Shown here one piece after another: positions 7,234 to 16,959 of a stretch of 64,000 nt of DNA. The stretch is from positions 800,001-864,000 of the forward strand of contig CAWECG010000003.1 of the NCBI GenBank assembly GCA_963807605.1, in the 5' to 3' direction. A program made the translations under genes and the position numbers. Under the pieces are notes generated by a model. It was not told where the DNA came from and searched no databases. It saw only the letters and a list, made by a program, of their open reading frames with translations. Every line of letters begins with the position of its first letter. The stretch's first letter is position 1. Origin of the DNA: Candidatus Bathyarchaeota archaeon (GTDB lineage Archaea; Thermoproteota; Bathyarchaeia; 40CM-2-53-6; RBG-13-38-9).

Positions 7234-8531
7234 TGCAACTTAAACCTCACATCGGTCTTGAATGTCCTGACGACGGGGAGGTTCAGAATATCTTCATCAC
7301 GAAGCCCTGTCTTTTTCTTGAGGAGGTCTACTGTCTCCGTGATCTCTTGAATGTCTTTGGCAGTTATTGTAAACCACAGATTGTACTTGTGCTCTCTCAG
7401 ATAATTATGTGAGACATTACTGAGTTTATTGACTATCTCCGCAATCTTTTCTATCTTCTCTTGAGGTGCTTTGACTCCGATTAGTGTTGAGGTTTTGAAT
7501 CCTATTCTCTTCAGGTCTGGGAACGGACCTATCTTCCTGATTACCTTTAGATCGAGTAATCTTTTTACTCTCGGTTTCAAGACTTCGGAGTCTATCCCCA
7601 GAGTCTCTGCAAGCGAGTTCCAAGGTCTCACCTCTAACGGGAAATCGTATTGGAGAAGTTGGAGTATCTTGCAATCCAGCTCATCAAGATCTTCGAGGTT
7701 TGACTGCTCACTATTTTTCTGGAAGTAGGATCCGATCTCTTTAGCTAGAGCCTCCACAGTGTATTCCGTCGGAACTATCTGTACCTCGAAGCCGAGCTTT
7801 TCCAAGGCTCTTCTTGTTGTGGATCCGATAGAGGCTATGACAGTTCTTCGTAATCTGTCCTTGATTTCATCTGAAAATGATGATCTTTCAGCGTTATCGA
7901 TTAGGCTCTTCACTGTAGAGGGGCTTGTGAAGGCGACTACGTCGATCTTACCAGCCACAAGATCCTCCATGAACCTCTTGATGAGGGATTTGTCAGACGC
8001 TTCTGTAACCTCGTAGGCCGCGGCTTCTATTACATTCGCTCCTAGATCCTGGAGCATTACACGCAGAGTGCCGTCGACACCTTGAGCCCTAGGGATTGCT
8101 ACTGTCTTACCTTTTAGATCTCTCTTCTCAAGTAACCTGACTATACCTCGGGAACTGTATTGATCTGGAATGGTCAGCCTCCTTATCCCAACCTCTTCAA
8201 GCTCGTGTCTTGTCTTCGGCCCTATCGCCACCACCATTATCTTCCCGAGAGCCTCTTTCAGGAAGTTCAAGAGGCCGATACGCTTTGCAGCCTGGAGAGT
8301 CTGTAGGACTCCATTCCGACTCATGAAGACTATCACATCGACCTTACCTGTGGCGGTGTCTCTGATCAGTCTGAGCAGGGCTTCAGGCTTCCCGGTAGGT
8401 CTGACCTCTATGAGAGGCACAAGATAGGGCATTCCGCCTAAGGACTCGATCGCGTCAGCAAAGTCCTTGGCTTGGTCCTGTGGCCTAACGACAGCCACTA
8501 CCTTACCCTTCAAGCTGGTAACTTGAGCCAT
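7230..8531 (-). CDS. hemD-ahbA: fusion of uroporphyrinogen-III synthase (HemD) and siroheme decarboxylase AhbA
   Basis: First ~275 aa HemD (AIGPKT, FTSPSTV, SIGSTT); C-terminal AhbA (LQYDFPLEVRPW, VSHNYLREHKYNLWFT); one uninterrupted ORF. Confidence 0.85.
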   Translation of the reverse strand: MAQVTSLKGKVVAVVRPQDQAKDFADAIESLGGMPYLVPLIEVRPTGKPEALLRLIRDTATGKVDVIVFMSRNGVLQTLQAAKRIGLLNFLKEALGKIMVVAIGPKTRHELEEVGIRRLTIPDQYSSRGIVRLLEKRDLKGKTVAIPRAQGVDGTLRVMLQDLGANVIEAAAYEVTEASDKSLIKRFMEDLVAGKIDVVAFTSPSTVKSLIDNAERSSFSDEIKDRLRRTVIASIGSTTRRALEKLGFEVQIVPTEYTVEALAKEIGSYFQKNSEQSNLEDLDELDCKILQLLQYDFPLEVRPWNSLAETLGIDSEVLKPRVKRLLDLKVIRKIGPFPDLKRIGFKTSTLIGVKAPQEKIEKIAEIVNKLSNVSHNYLREHKYNLWFTITAKDIQEITETVDLLKKKTGLRDEDILNLPVVRTFKTDVRFKLQ

Positions 8532-9310
8532 GCCAGCTCCCTTCTGAGTTTTACAACTTCGCCGATGACGACCACTGCTGGAGGCTTCGCCTTGTCCTTC
8601 CGTGCTTTGGCTACTATATCACGTAATGTTCCTACGGTTACACGTTGACTTCGAGTCATTCCATTCTCGATTATTGCCACTGGAGTATCTTTCCTTCGGC
8701 CACCCCTAATTATATCGCCGATTATTGATGGTAACGATGAGACTCCCATCAAGATGACCAATGTGTCGACAGACTTCGCAAGCATCTCCCAATCAACAGG
8801 CATCCCTTCTTTTCCATGTCCTTCATGCCCAGTCACGATTGCAACGGATGATGAGTAGTCTCTATGTGTCAATGGTATGCCAGCATATGCTGGAACCGCG
8901 GATGCTGAGGATACACCGGGAACAAACTCGAATGGAATAGATGTTTTGTAAAGAGCTTGGGCTTCCTCACCACCTCGGCCGAAGATGAATGGGTCTCCGC
9001 CTTTCAACCTGACAACAGAGTTGCCCTTTGAAGCCTCACCTATCATGAGTCGGTTTATGCTCTCTTGAGGAAAGTGGTGCTTGCCGGAGGATTTTCCGAC
9101 AAAGATCTTCCTAGTTCTGGCTGGAATCGTCTTCAAGATCGATTTTGATACGAGCCGATCGTAGATGACGACGTCTGCCTTCTTGAGCAATTCAAGTCCT
9201 CTAAGTGTGAGAAGCCCTAAGTCGCCTGGACCTGCACCAACCAAGTATACCTTGCCAGCCTTTGGTCTAATGTGTCTTTGAAAACGAGCGGTCAAACTAT
9301 TACCAACCAT
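8510..9310 (-). CDS. cobA: uroporphyrinogen-III C-methyltransferase (SUMT)
   Basis: VYLVGAGPGD, VVRLKGGDPFIFGRGGEE, AGIPLTHR. Confidence 0.95.
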   Translation of the reverse strand: MVGNSLTARFQRHIRPKAGKVYLVGAGPGDLGLLTLRGLELLKKADVVIYDRLVSKSILKTIPARTRKIFVGKSSGKHHFPQESINRLMIGEASKGNSVVRLKGGDPFIFGRGGEEAQALYKTSIPFEFVPGVSSASAVPAYAGIPLTHRDYSSSVAIVTGHEGHGKEGMPVDWEMLAKSVDTLVILMGVSSLPSIIGDIIRGGRRKDTPVAIIENGMTRSQRVTVGTLRDIVAKARKDKAKPPAVVVIGEVVKLRRELAWLKLPA

Positions 9311-9351
9311 CAGCTTTTAGGGAGGACTAACATTCAGGTTAAAACAATAAT

Positions 9352-10266
9352 TCAGGAATTCTTCCAAGATTCAATTATCTCGATGGCGCCCATTCTTAGT
9401 AGTCGTTGGGCTGCAACCCTTCCTGTTTTCTCAGGAGACTCTAGGTCGCCTTCCTCGTTGACATTTATGCGCTTGGTGCCTTCAGGCGAGATTACGGATC
9501 CCATGAGTCTGATGGTTCCACCTTTAGCCTCTGCAAATGCCCCTAACGGGATCTTGCAACCGCCGCCAACCTCGTTCATGAAGGCTCGTTCTGTTGTTGC
9601 TTCAACCCAAGAGTTAGGGTCGTTCGCATACCTTAGGATCTTCAGAAGATCTTCTCTATCATGCCGCGCCACAACAGCTAGGAAGCCTTGACCTGGAGCA
9701 GGCGTAAAGTCTTGAACTGGAAGTCGCTCGACTATTCTGCTTTGCATCCCCAAGCGTATAACGCCTGCCTCTGCCAAGACTACTGCGTCGTAATTGCCTG
9801 CGTCGAGTTTACGTATTCTTGTATCAACGTTTCCACGTATTGGCAAAATGCTCAAATCGGGCCTAGCCCTGAGCAGTTCCGCCTTCCTTCTCGGGCTGCT
9901 TGTTCCTACAGATGCACCTCGAGGTAGTTCTCCCAGTCTTGAAGATATTCGTGAGATGAAGACGTCATTCGCAGGTGCACGTGCTGGAACGGCTGCGATC
10001 GTCAGTCCTTTAGGTTGCTCTGCGGGAATATCCTTCATGCTGTGCACAGAAAAGTCCACTTCACCGCTGATTATCGCCTCGTCTATCTCCTTCTCGAAGA
10101 CGCCCTTTCCAGCAATCTCCTGAAGGGGTGCAGATTCCAGCTTATCACCAGTCGTCTGAATTATTTTGGTCTCCACCTCAATCAAGGGCTCATGTTTTTT
10201 GATAGCCTGAATAATCGAGGCCGTTTGAATAAGGGAGAGCTTGCTCCCTCGTGTCCCAACAATCAA
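9352..10266 (-). CDS. hemC: porphobilinogen deaminase
   Basis: GTRGSKL, VHSMKD, GTSSPRR, RGNVDTR, GGGCKIP. Confidence 0.95.
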   Translation of the reverse strand: MIVGTRGSKLSLIQTASIIQAIKKHEPLIEVETKIIQTTGDKLESAPLQEIAGKGVFEKEIDEAIISGEVDFSVHSMKDIPAEQPKGLTIAAVPARAPANDVFISRISSRLGELPRGASVGTSSPRRKAELLRARPDLSILPIRGNVDTRIRKLDAGNYDAVVLAEAGVIRLGMQSRIVERLPVQDFTPAPGQGFLAVVARHDREDLLKILRYANDPNSWVEATTERAFMNEVGGGCKIPLGAFAEAKGGTIRLMGSVISPEGTKRINVNEEGDLESPEKTGRVAAQRLLRMGAIEIIESWKNS

Positions 10267-10284
10267 TCTCAGTTCTTCTCAACC

Positions 10285-11568
10285 TCAGAGTTCCTTGAGG
10301 ACGGAGTCCACGGATTCTACAGTATTCTGTAAATCCTCCTCACTGTGAGAGGCTGAGACAAAACAGGTCTCAAATTGAGAGGGTGGAAAGAATACTCCTC
10401 TCTTCATCAACGCTCGATGAAACTTGTTGAATGTTGATCTGTCAGAAGACAGGGCTGTCTCAGAATCTATCACAGGTTTACGGGTAAAGAAGATCGTGAA
10501 CATTGACGCTATACTATTGACGTGTACCTCAATCTTGGTGCCTGCAAATAGTTCCATAATATTCGCGGTCAGCCCTGCTGTGATCTTTTGAAGATTCCTG
10601 TACAGTCTTGAACGTTCCTTCTCTAGTTCAGTCAGGGTTGCTATGGCTGCGGCCACCGATACTGGATTACCGCTGAAGGTACCGGCCGCATAGACTCCCC
10701 CCATGGGTGAGAAAGCCTCCATAATTTTCCGTTTGCCGACAATAGCCGATATTGGAAATCCTCCGCCCATAACCTTACCAAACGTCGCAAGATCCGGCTT
10801 GACTCCATAATATTCTTGGGCTCCCCCCAACCCGATTCTGAATCCAGTTATGACCTCGTCAAAGATCAGGAGGGCACTGGTTCTGTCCGCTTCCTTCCTG
10901 AGTTCCTGCAAGTAGCCTTTGGAGGGAAGGATTACTCCCATATTCCCAATTATGGGTTCAACAATAATTGCGGCAATAGCATGCCCCTCCTTCTCAAAGG
11001 CTTGATGTAATGCTTGGACGTTATTGTAGGGTAAGACCAAGGTGTTCTTAGCGGTCTCTTCAGGTACCCCGAGTGATGTTGGGACACCGAATGATGCGGC
11101 TCCTGATCCTGCCTTGACAAGTACACTATCATGTGCTCCGTGGTAGCAACCGTCAAACTTGACCAGTTTCCGCCTGCCAGTGTAACCCCTTGCAAGCCTT
11201 ATTGCATGCATAGTAGCCTCTGCACCACTATTCGATAGCCTCACCATCTCCGCACATGGTACGTAGTCGGTGAGAAGTTCAGCCAGTCGGACCTCTGCCT
11301 CTGTCGGCGTTCCAAAGACTGTTCCTGAGTCGAGTTGACCTTTGACCACCTCCAAGATTGGCGGATGGTTGTGTCCAAAGAGTATGGCTCCGTAGCCCAT
11401 GCAGTAGTCAATATACTTGTTCCCGTCGACGTCATAGAGCTTTGAGCCTCTAGCCTTCTTGGTGAAGAATGGGTAAGGGTCGAACATCCTTACTGGGCTG
11501 TTAACGCCCCCAGGCATCAGGGATGATGCCCTCTCAAAGAGTCCTGCTGATTTCAGGCTTGGAGCCAT
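10285..11568 (-). CDS. hemL: glutamate-1-semialdehyde 2,1-aminomutase
   Basis: PGGVNSPVR, FDEVITGFR, FGKVMGGG, PSQFE. Confidence 0.95.
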   Translation of the reverse strand: MAPSLKSAGLFERASSLMPGGVNSPVRMFDPYPFFTKKARGSKLYDVDGNKYIDYCMGYGAILFGHNHPPILEVVKGQLDSGTVFGTPTEAEVRLAELLTDYVPCAEMVRLSNSGAEATMHAIRLARGYTGRRKLVKFDGCYHGAHDSVLVKAGSGAASFGVPTSLGVPEETAKNTLVLPYNNVQALHQAFEKEGHAIAAIIVEPIIGNMGVILPSKGYLQELRKEADRTSALLIFDEVITGFRIGLGGAQEYYGVKPDLATFGKVMGGGFPISAIVGKRKIMEAFSPMGGVYAAGTFSGNPVSVAAAIATLTELEKERSRLYRNLQKITAGLTANIMELFAGTKIEVHVNSIASMFTIFFTRKPVIDSETALSSDRSTFNKFHRALMKRGVFFPPSQFETCFVSASHSEEDLQNTVESVDSVLKEL

Positions 11569-12536
11569 TCGGCTACCTCCTTGGCGAAGTACGTCAGGAT
11601 GATGTCTGCTCCTGCACGCTTTATCGCAGTGAGCACCTCAAGGACCGCGGCCTTCTCATCAATCCAACCAATATCTCCAGCAGCCTTGATCATTGAATAT
11701 TCTCCGCTCACATTATAGGCGGCTGTAGGCATCTTGAAAGTCGTCTTAACCTTATGTATCAGGTCAAGGTAGGCTAGCGCTGGTTTGACCATTACAATAT
11801 CCGCACCCTCTTTGATGTCCAGCTCCACCTCACGCAGAGCTTCATCAGGGTTCGAATAGTCCAGCTGGTAACTTCTTCGATCTCCAAATGTAGGTTTGGA
11901 GTCTGCTGCGTCACGGAAAGGACCGTAGAAGCATGATGCGTGCTTCGCGGAATATGCCATTATTGCACCATTGAAGTGTCCTGAGTCGTCGAGTCCTTTC
12001 CTGATGGCTTGAACTTGTCCGTCCATCATGGCTGAGGGGGCAATGATATCGGCTCCAGCTTCGACGTGACTTATGGCTGTCTGGGTAAGCAACTTGAGTG
12101 TCTGATCATTAAGTATTTCGCCGCCTTCTATGATCCCACAGTGTCCATGGTCTGTATACTGACAAAGACACACATCCGTCATGACAACGACTTGATCTCC
12201 GTACGCGGACTTGATCTTCCTGACGGCTTCTTGCACCACGCCATCACTCTGGTAAGCAGCCGATCCGGTAGCATCCTTCTTCTTCGGAATGCCAAAAATC
12301 ATGACTGATGAAATGTCCCATGCGACTAGATTACCCACTTCCTTGACTGCAGCTTCCATGGGTAGTCGGTACTGCCCAGGCATCGAGTCTATGGGTTCTG
12401 ATCTCGATATTCCCTCTTTGATGAACATTGGGTAAACCATATCATTTGCCGTCAGTTCAGTCTCTCTTACTAGATCTCTGATCTTCTTCGTTCTTCTCAA
12501 TCGTCGCATACGCCGATATGGAAATGACATACTCAA
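11553..12536 (-). CDS. hemB: porphobilinogen synthase (Zn-type)
   Basis: DVCLCQYTDHGHCG, FYGPFRDA, MVKPALAYLD, AYNVSGEY. Confidence 0.96.
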   Translation of the reverse strand: MSMSFPYRRMRRLRRTKKIRDLVRETELTANDMVYPMFIKEGISRSEPIDSMPGQYRLPMEAAVKEVGNLVAWDISSVMIFGIPKKKDATGSAAYQSDGVVQEAVRKIKSAYGDQVVVMTDVCLCQYTDHGHCGIIEGGEILNDQTLKLLTQTAISHVEAGADIIAPSAMMDGQVQAIRKGLDDSGHFNGAIMAYSAKHASCFYGPFRDAADSKPTFGDRRSYQLDYSNPDEALREVELDIKEGADIVMVKPALAYLDLIHKVKTTFKMPTAAYNVSGEYSMIKAAGDIGWIDEKAAVLEVLTAIKRAGADIILTYFAKEVAEWLQA

Positions 12537-13855
12537 TCTTCGCCTCCCTCACTCTTCGAGTTAAAGAGTGTCCATGCAGCCTTATAGAGCTCAACATCTC
12601 CATTCTCAGCAGATCTTCTCAGGTTTGTCACAGGATTGTGCAGAATCTTGTCAACAATTACCCTTGTCAACTTCTCAATGACTGCCTGTTGATCCCCATC
12701 GATCTCCCTAAGATATTTGCAGGCCTTTCTGAATTCGCGTTGCCTAATATCCTCGGCCATACCGCAGATCTCAGATATGAAGGGATCAAATCTCCTGCGC
12801 CTGATAACCATCTCCAGACTTTCAAGCTCTTCTTCAACGAGGCACTCAGCATTCTCAATCTCTCTGAGCCTTGCCTTCAAATTCTCTGTCGCTATATCTT
12901 TGAGAACATCTATGTCGAGTAACCTTACATCCTTGATCAAGGAGACCTCAGGTTCGACATTCCTAGGCTGCGACAGATCGAAGATGAGCAATTTACTCCT
13001 CTTCCTTCTTTCCATGGCGCGAGAAACCTGTTCCTCCTTCAAGGTCATATGCGGAGCAGATGTTGCAACGAAGACCACGTCGACCCTAGGAAGAATTGTG
13101 TCTATCTTATCATAGCGAACGGCTTTACCTCCTAAGAGCTTGGCGAGTCTTTCAGCTCGACCAAAAGTCCTGTTAGCGACGTATATTGCTGAGTGCCTTC
13201 TCGCCGCTAAGGCTTTGCCCACGAGCGTTCCTGTCCCTCCAGCACCAATAATCATAACCTCTTTTCCCTCTAGGCCAGCAAGGATCCTCTCCGTCATCTT
13301 CACCGCTGCAGACCCTAGCGAGACCGCTCCTTTGTTTATGTCAGTCTCGGCCCTGATTCTTCCTCCGGCTCTGATGGCCTTGGTAAATATTAGATCAAGA
13401 AAGGGACCTATAGTTCCCCAGATCTTGGAGTCCTTAAAGCTCTCTCGGATCTGACCTAGGATCTGATCTTCGCCAACCAGCATTGACTCTAAGCCTGCTG
13501 ACAGTCGGAGAAGATGTTCCAGAGCTTCACGGTCGAACGACTCTTCGACGTGACCTCGAAAATCCCTTCTCGACACTCTGGACTCATTGAGCCAGTACTC
13601 AGCCGTAGCCTTCATCATATTTTTAGGGTTCTTGTCTATGACTGCGAAAAACTCGGTCCGATTGCATGTCTGCAGCAGTAAACATTCACGGATACCTGCT
13701 CCCTTCGTGACATCGAGTGTTGTTCTCCGCGGGTTCTTGAAAGTCAATGCATCAAGTAAGGCCACGGGGGTTTTCTTGTAGGTGAAGCGCAGATTGACTA
13801 GCCTCTGCTTCAATCCGAGGTCTTCTTCAGAATCTCTCAATGATCTCTCTTGCAA
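12533..13855 (-). CDS. hemA: glutamyl-tRNA reductase (true start probably slightly inside the ORF)
   Basis: TCNRTE, GLESMLVGEDQILGQ, GAGGTG, ANRT, DLSQPRNV. Confidence 0.95.
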   Translation of the reverse strand: MQERSLRDSEEDLGLKQRLVNLRFTYKKTPVALLDALTFKNPRRTTLDVTKGAGIRECLLLQTCNRTEFFAVIDKNPKNMMKATAEYWLNESRVSRRDFRGHVEESFDREALEHLLRLSAGLESMLVGEDQILGQIRESFKDSKIWGTIGPFLDLIFTKAIRAGGRIRAETDINKGAVSLGSAAVKMTERILAGLEGKEVMIIGAGGTGTLVGKALAARRHSAIYVANRTFGRAERLAKLLGGKAVRYDKIDTILPRVDVVFVATSAPHMTLKEEQVSRAMERRKRSKLLIFDLSQPRNVEPEVSLIKDVRLLDIDVLKDIATENLKARLREIENAECLVEEELESLEMVIRRRRFDPFISEICGMAEDIRQREFRKACKYLREIDGDQQAVIEKLTRVIVDKILHNPVTNLRRSAENGDVELYKAAWTLFNSKSEGGED

Positions 13856-14468
13856 TCTTCTTAGCCTCCTCTAGTCTGCCACTTCGCAAAAGCGTGACTA
13901 GTCTCTTGTTTCTGATCATATCGTACAAGATCTTCTTTCTAGTTGCACTGCTTGTGCCACCAGATCTAAGAGTGTTTCTCACACAGTCTTGGAGTTCGAC
14001 TTGGAGAATATCTTCATTGGTGATCGATTTTTCAAGTCTCTTTCTGAGGACGCTTGCCATTGCAGGACTCCTTCCACCAGTTGAGACTGCGATCTTCAAG
14101 TTTCCAAAGTCCGTCGTTGCAGGGAAATAGAAGTCGCATAGATCGGGGTTATCAACTACGCATATCGGGATCTTGGCTTGCCTGGCCCGTTCTGCCAGTC
14201 GACGATTCATCTCGTCGTCGTCGGTGGCCGCGATTGCAAGGTCAGAATCGGAGAGTAGTTGAATAACTTGGGAAGAGGCTCTCTTTCCTAGCTTCTTTAA
14301 GTAGACTCTGCCTGTTTTGCCGAGACTCGTCAATCGTTGAGTGAATCCTTTACTTGCGATGGTGATTTTGGCGTCTTCTCGCAGAAGTGCCAAGACCTTG
14401 CGCTCGCCAACCTCACCTCCACCTACGACGAGCACCCTTCTTCCGGAGAGCTTCATATCGATGAGCAT
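13827..14468 (-). CDS. sirC: precorrin-2 dehydrogenase / sirohydrochlorin ferrochelatase (SirC/Met8-like)
   Basis: VVGGGEVGERK, VVDNPDLCDFYFP, AVSTGGRSP. Confidence 0.88.
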   Translation of the reverse strand: MLIDMKLSGRRVLVVGGGEVGERKVLALLREDAKITIASKGFTQRLTSLGKTGRVYLKKLGKRASSQVIQLLSDSDLAIAATDDDEMNRRLAERARQAKIPICVVDNPDLCDFYFPATTDFGNLKIAVSTGGRSPAMASVLRKRLEKSITNEDILQVELQDCVRNTLRSGGTSSATRKKILYDMIRNKRLVTLLRSGRLEEAKKIAREIIERF

Positions 14469-14551
14469 CGCTATCGACCTAGAGGCACTGTGTGATGGAC
14501 CTTCAGACTTACATATAATGATTTACGGAAAGATAATAAAGTAGTTATCTT

Positions 14552-14570
14552 TTTTACGATATCCGTAAAA
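14552..14570. promoter_or_regulatory. perfect inverted repeat TTTTACG-N5-CGTAAAA upstream of hem operon, putative Lrp-family operator
   Basis: Palindrome visible in sequence, extra half-site TTTACG at 14522, adjacent Lrp gene. Confidence 0.5.
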
Positions 14571-14583
14571 GTCTAGAGATGAA

Positions 14584-15123
14584 TTATAACTTCAATGTCG
14601 GCTCAACCCTGAGAAGACGGGTTATCACCGAATACGACGCGCTTCTGACATTTGGAAATGACTTGATCCTATTAATCAACTGACCAAGATGGTTCAAGTC
14701 ACGAGCATGTACTATGGCCACTATATCATATTCCCCTGTAATCTGGAAGACATGCTGTGATTCGTGAAGTGACACAAGCCGATGGAATACATAGTCAAGA
14801 GATGTTGCATCAACTTTTAGCATCACTACTGCTGTTACCTGTAGTCCTATTTTTCTAGGATCGACAAGAGCTAGAAAGCGGGTTATAACGCCCTCTCGCA
14901 ACAACTTTTTCATTCGGAATCTGACAGCCCCCTCCGAAAGCTTAAGCTCGCTGGCAATCCTCACGTAGGGCTTCCTAGCGTCCTCCTGGACGATCCTAAG
15001 AATCTCTCTATCAGTATCATCCAATTTAGTGGCCAAGATTGCTCCTGCTAACCGTATTGAGATTTGGTGAATTCCAAAGAAAAAGGCTTCGGCTCGTATA
15101 GGAAAACTCAGAATGCCAACCAA
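14584..15123 (-). CDS. Lrp/AsnC family transcriptional regulator (start likely near 15040)
   Basis: LDDTDREIL..QEDARKPY..IA...LSEGAVRFR, ITGEYDI. Confidence 0.9.
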   Translation of the reverse strand: MVGILSFPIRAEAFFFGIHQISIRLAGAILATKLDDTDREILRIVQEDARKPYVRIASELKLSEGAVRFRMKKLLREGVITRFLALVDPRKIGLQVTAVVMLKVDATSLDYVFHRLVSLHESQHVFQITGEYDIVAIVHARDLNHLGQLINRIKSFPNVRSASYSVITRLLRVEPTLKL

Positions 15124-15184
15124 ACAATATTTAAGATTGAATCTCGTGAGATGAATCTACCTTTCCGAACCATCGTGGAATGCA

Positions 15185-16147
15185 ATGAACGATAATTCAT
15201 TTACACTCGAACCTGTGAAGGCCCGAGAAATCGCTGGGGTTCTTTACCGCGAATACAAGAAAGGCGAAGGCCCCTTTGAAAATTCTGGGAGACTCAGTTA
15301 TGAGTTGCCACAAGGAATGATCGAGGGATCGAAGGTTCATTCTCTATACCTGACCTACATCTTTACGTTAGATCAAAGCACAAGATCTGAAGAACTCTGG
15401 AGCCAAGCCAGACAGTTCTATCAAGAAACACCGTGGTTCTTTGACGCCGAACAAATTCTGACCAGAAGCGATGAGGGTCTCTCCAAGGCACTAACTATAC
15501 TCGGGATCTCTGACACAAGCACATCGGTCAAAAGATGGAAGGCGATCTCAAAGATCCTTCTTGAAGATTACTCAGGCGACCCGAGAAGAATCGCTGACAA
15601 GACACGTGATCCAGTTGTGGTGCGAAAGAGAATCGGAGAAATTCTGGGAACCAAGGAAAATGGACGAATACGCAGATACCAGCAACTGATGACAGCATCT
15701 AGACTGCTGAAAGTCACTAAACCGGAGAGCCTCGGAGTCTTTACTGATGAGTACATTGCTGTGTTTACCCTGTGTACGGGAGTTTTGAGATTTGAAGGTG
15801 AACTGTTCGAGGGGTCTCTTGATGCGGATCCGATTCTGTCGCTCACAAGAAAGGCTTGGAACGAAGCCACTATGGATATGGGTGTCCCAGCTCTGGAGTT
15901 AGAGGATGCTATCAGCGTAGTAAGCAGAAGCCTGTGTCCTGAAAGGAAGTGTATTATATGCCCAATCTATCAGAAATGTGAAAAAAGATTCCGACTGGAA
16001 ATAAGTGGAAAGAAGATCCGCTTGAGCGCCACAAGTGTTGGGGTAGCTAACCAGATGCAATTCTGCTCAAGCTGTGGTAGAGAATTAATGAGAAATTCAA
16101 GATTCTGTGACGGCTGTGGAATTGTCCTTCGGAGAAAGTCGGAATGA
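15185..16147 (+). CDS. divergent HhH-GPD/EndoIII-like protein with Cys cluster and C-terminal zinc ribbon
   Basis: DQSTRSEELW, YSGDPRRI, C-x4-C-x2-C-x5-C, then CSSC...CDGC. Confidence 0.5.
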   Translation: MNDNSFTLEPVKAREIAGVLYREYKKGEGPFENSGRLSYELPQGMIEGSKVHSLYLTYIFTLDQSTRSEELWSQARQFYQETPWFFDAEQILTRSDEGLSKALTILGISDTSTSVKRWKAISKILLEDYSGDPRRIADKTRDPVVVRKRIGEILGTKENGRIRRYQQLMTASRLLKVTKPESLGVFTDEYIAVFTLCTGVLRFEGELFEGSLDADPILSLTRKAWNEATMDMGVPALELEDAISVVSRSLCPERKCIICPIYQKCEKRFRLEISGKKIRLSATSVGVANQMQFCSSCGRELMRNSRFCDGCGIVLRRKSE

Positions 16148-16185
16148 AGCTGGGAGAGCAACATTTTCAGAACGCTGTTGTGAGG

Positions 16186-16911
16186 TTAATATCCCGAGTA
16201 GAGCCTATCAGCTAGGAATTTTGGCACAGGTTTCTGCAAGATCTTGTTCGCCGCAGAGTCTATATCGTAATCGACTCTCCTTACTTCAAACTTGACACTA
16301 CGCTCCTCAATTTCTAGCAGAGCGTAGCTGGCCCGAGGATCTCCATCCCTAGGTTGACCTACGCTCCCGGGATTTAGCAGGTGGCCAGAGCCAATTTTGG
16401 CTTTCATTGGGGCGTGTGTATGCCCCACCAATAAGACATCGGCCTTCGCGAGTTCAATCATACTTCTTAAGATGAACTCTGGTGTTCCCTTGAAGATGTA
16501 CTCGTTGAGGGGATCCCTTGGACTCCCGTGATAAGCCTTCACACTTAGCCCACCATCCTCAAAGTTTGCGTGATTTGGCAGATTTGCCAAGTAATTTAGG
16601 TTATCTGACTTGAGCTCACTTCTAGTCCATTCCACTGCAAGTGCAGCGTGAGGTGCAAAACCAGATGTGTATCCAGTTGCAACTGCAAAATCGTGATTCC
16701 CCGCAATCAGTAGTTGAGGTCTGAGGTAACGTATCCGCTCAATAACTTCATTGGGTTGAGCACCATAACCGACAAGGTCTCCCAGACAAAATAGCGCATC
16801 AAAACTCGTGAGGTTCGAAAGAACCGACTCTAGCGCGTCAAGGTTGGAGTGAATGTCGGATAGAACAGCAATCCTCAATCTCCTTACCTCTAAAGATGAA
16901 AATAGAGGCAT
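16186..16911 (-). CDS. metallophosphoesterase (YfcE/MJ0912-like)
   Basis: SDIH, GDLVGYG, GNHD, HGSP, GHTH, NPGSVGQPRDGD. Confidence 0.92.
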   Translation of the reverse strand: MPLFSSLEVRRLRIAVLSDIHSNLDALESVLSNLTSFDALFCLGDLVGYGAQPNEVIERIRYLRPQLLIAGNHDFAVATGYTSGFAPHAALAVEWTRSELKSDNLNYLANLPNHANFEDGGLSVKAYHGSPRDPLNEYIFKGTPEFILRSMIELAKADVLLVGHTHAPMKAKIGSGHLLNPGSVGQPRDGDPRASYALLEIEERSVKFEVRRVDYDIDSAANKILQKPVPKFLADRLYSGY

Positions 16912-16959
16912 CTCTTAAATCTGAACTGGCAGAGAGTAACAGAACTGGAGCAAGTACTT

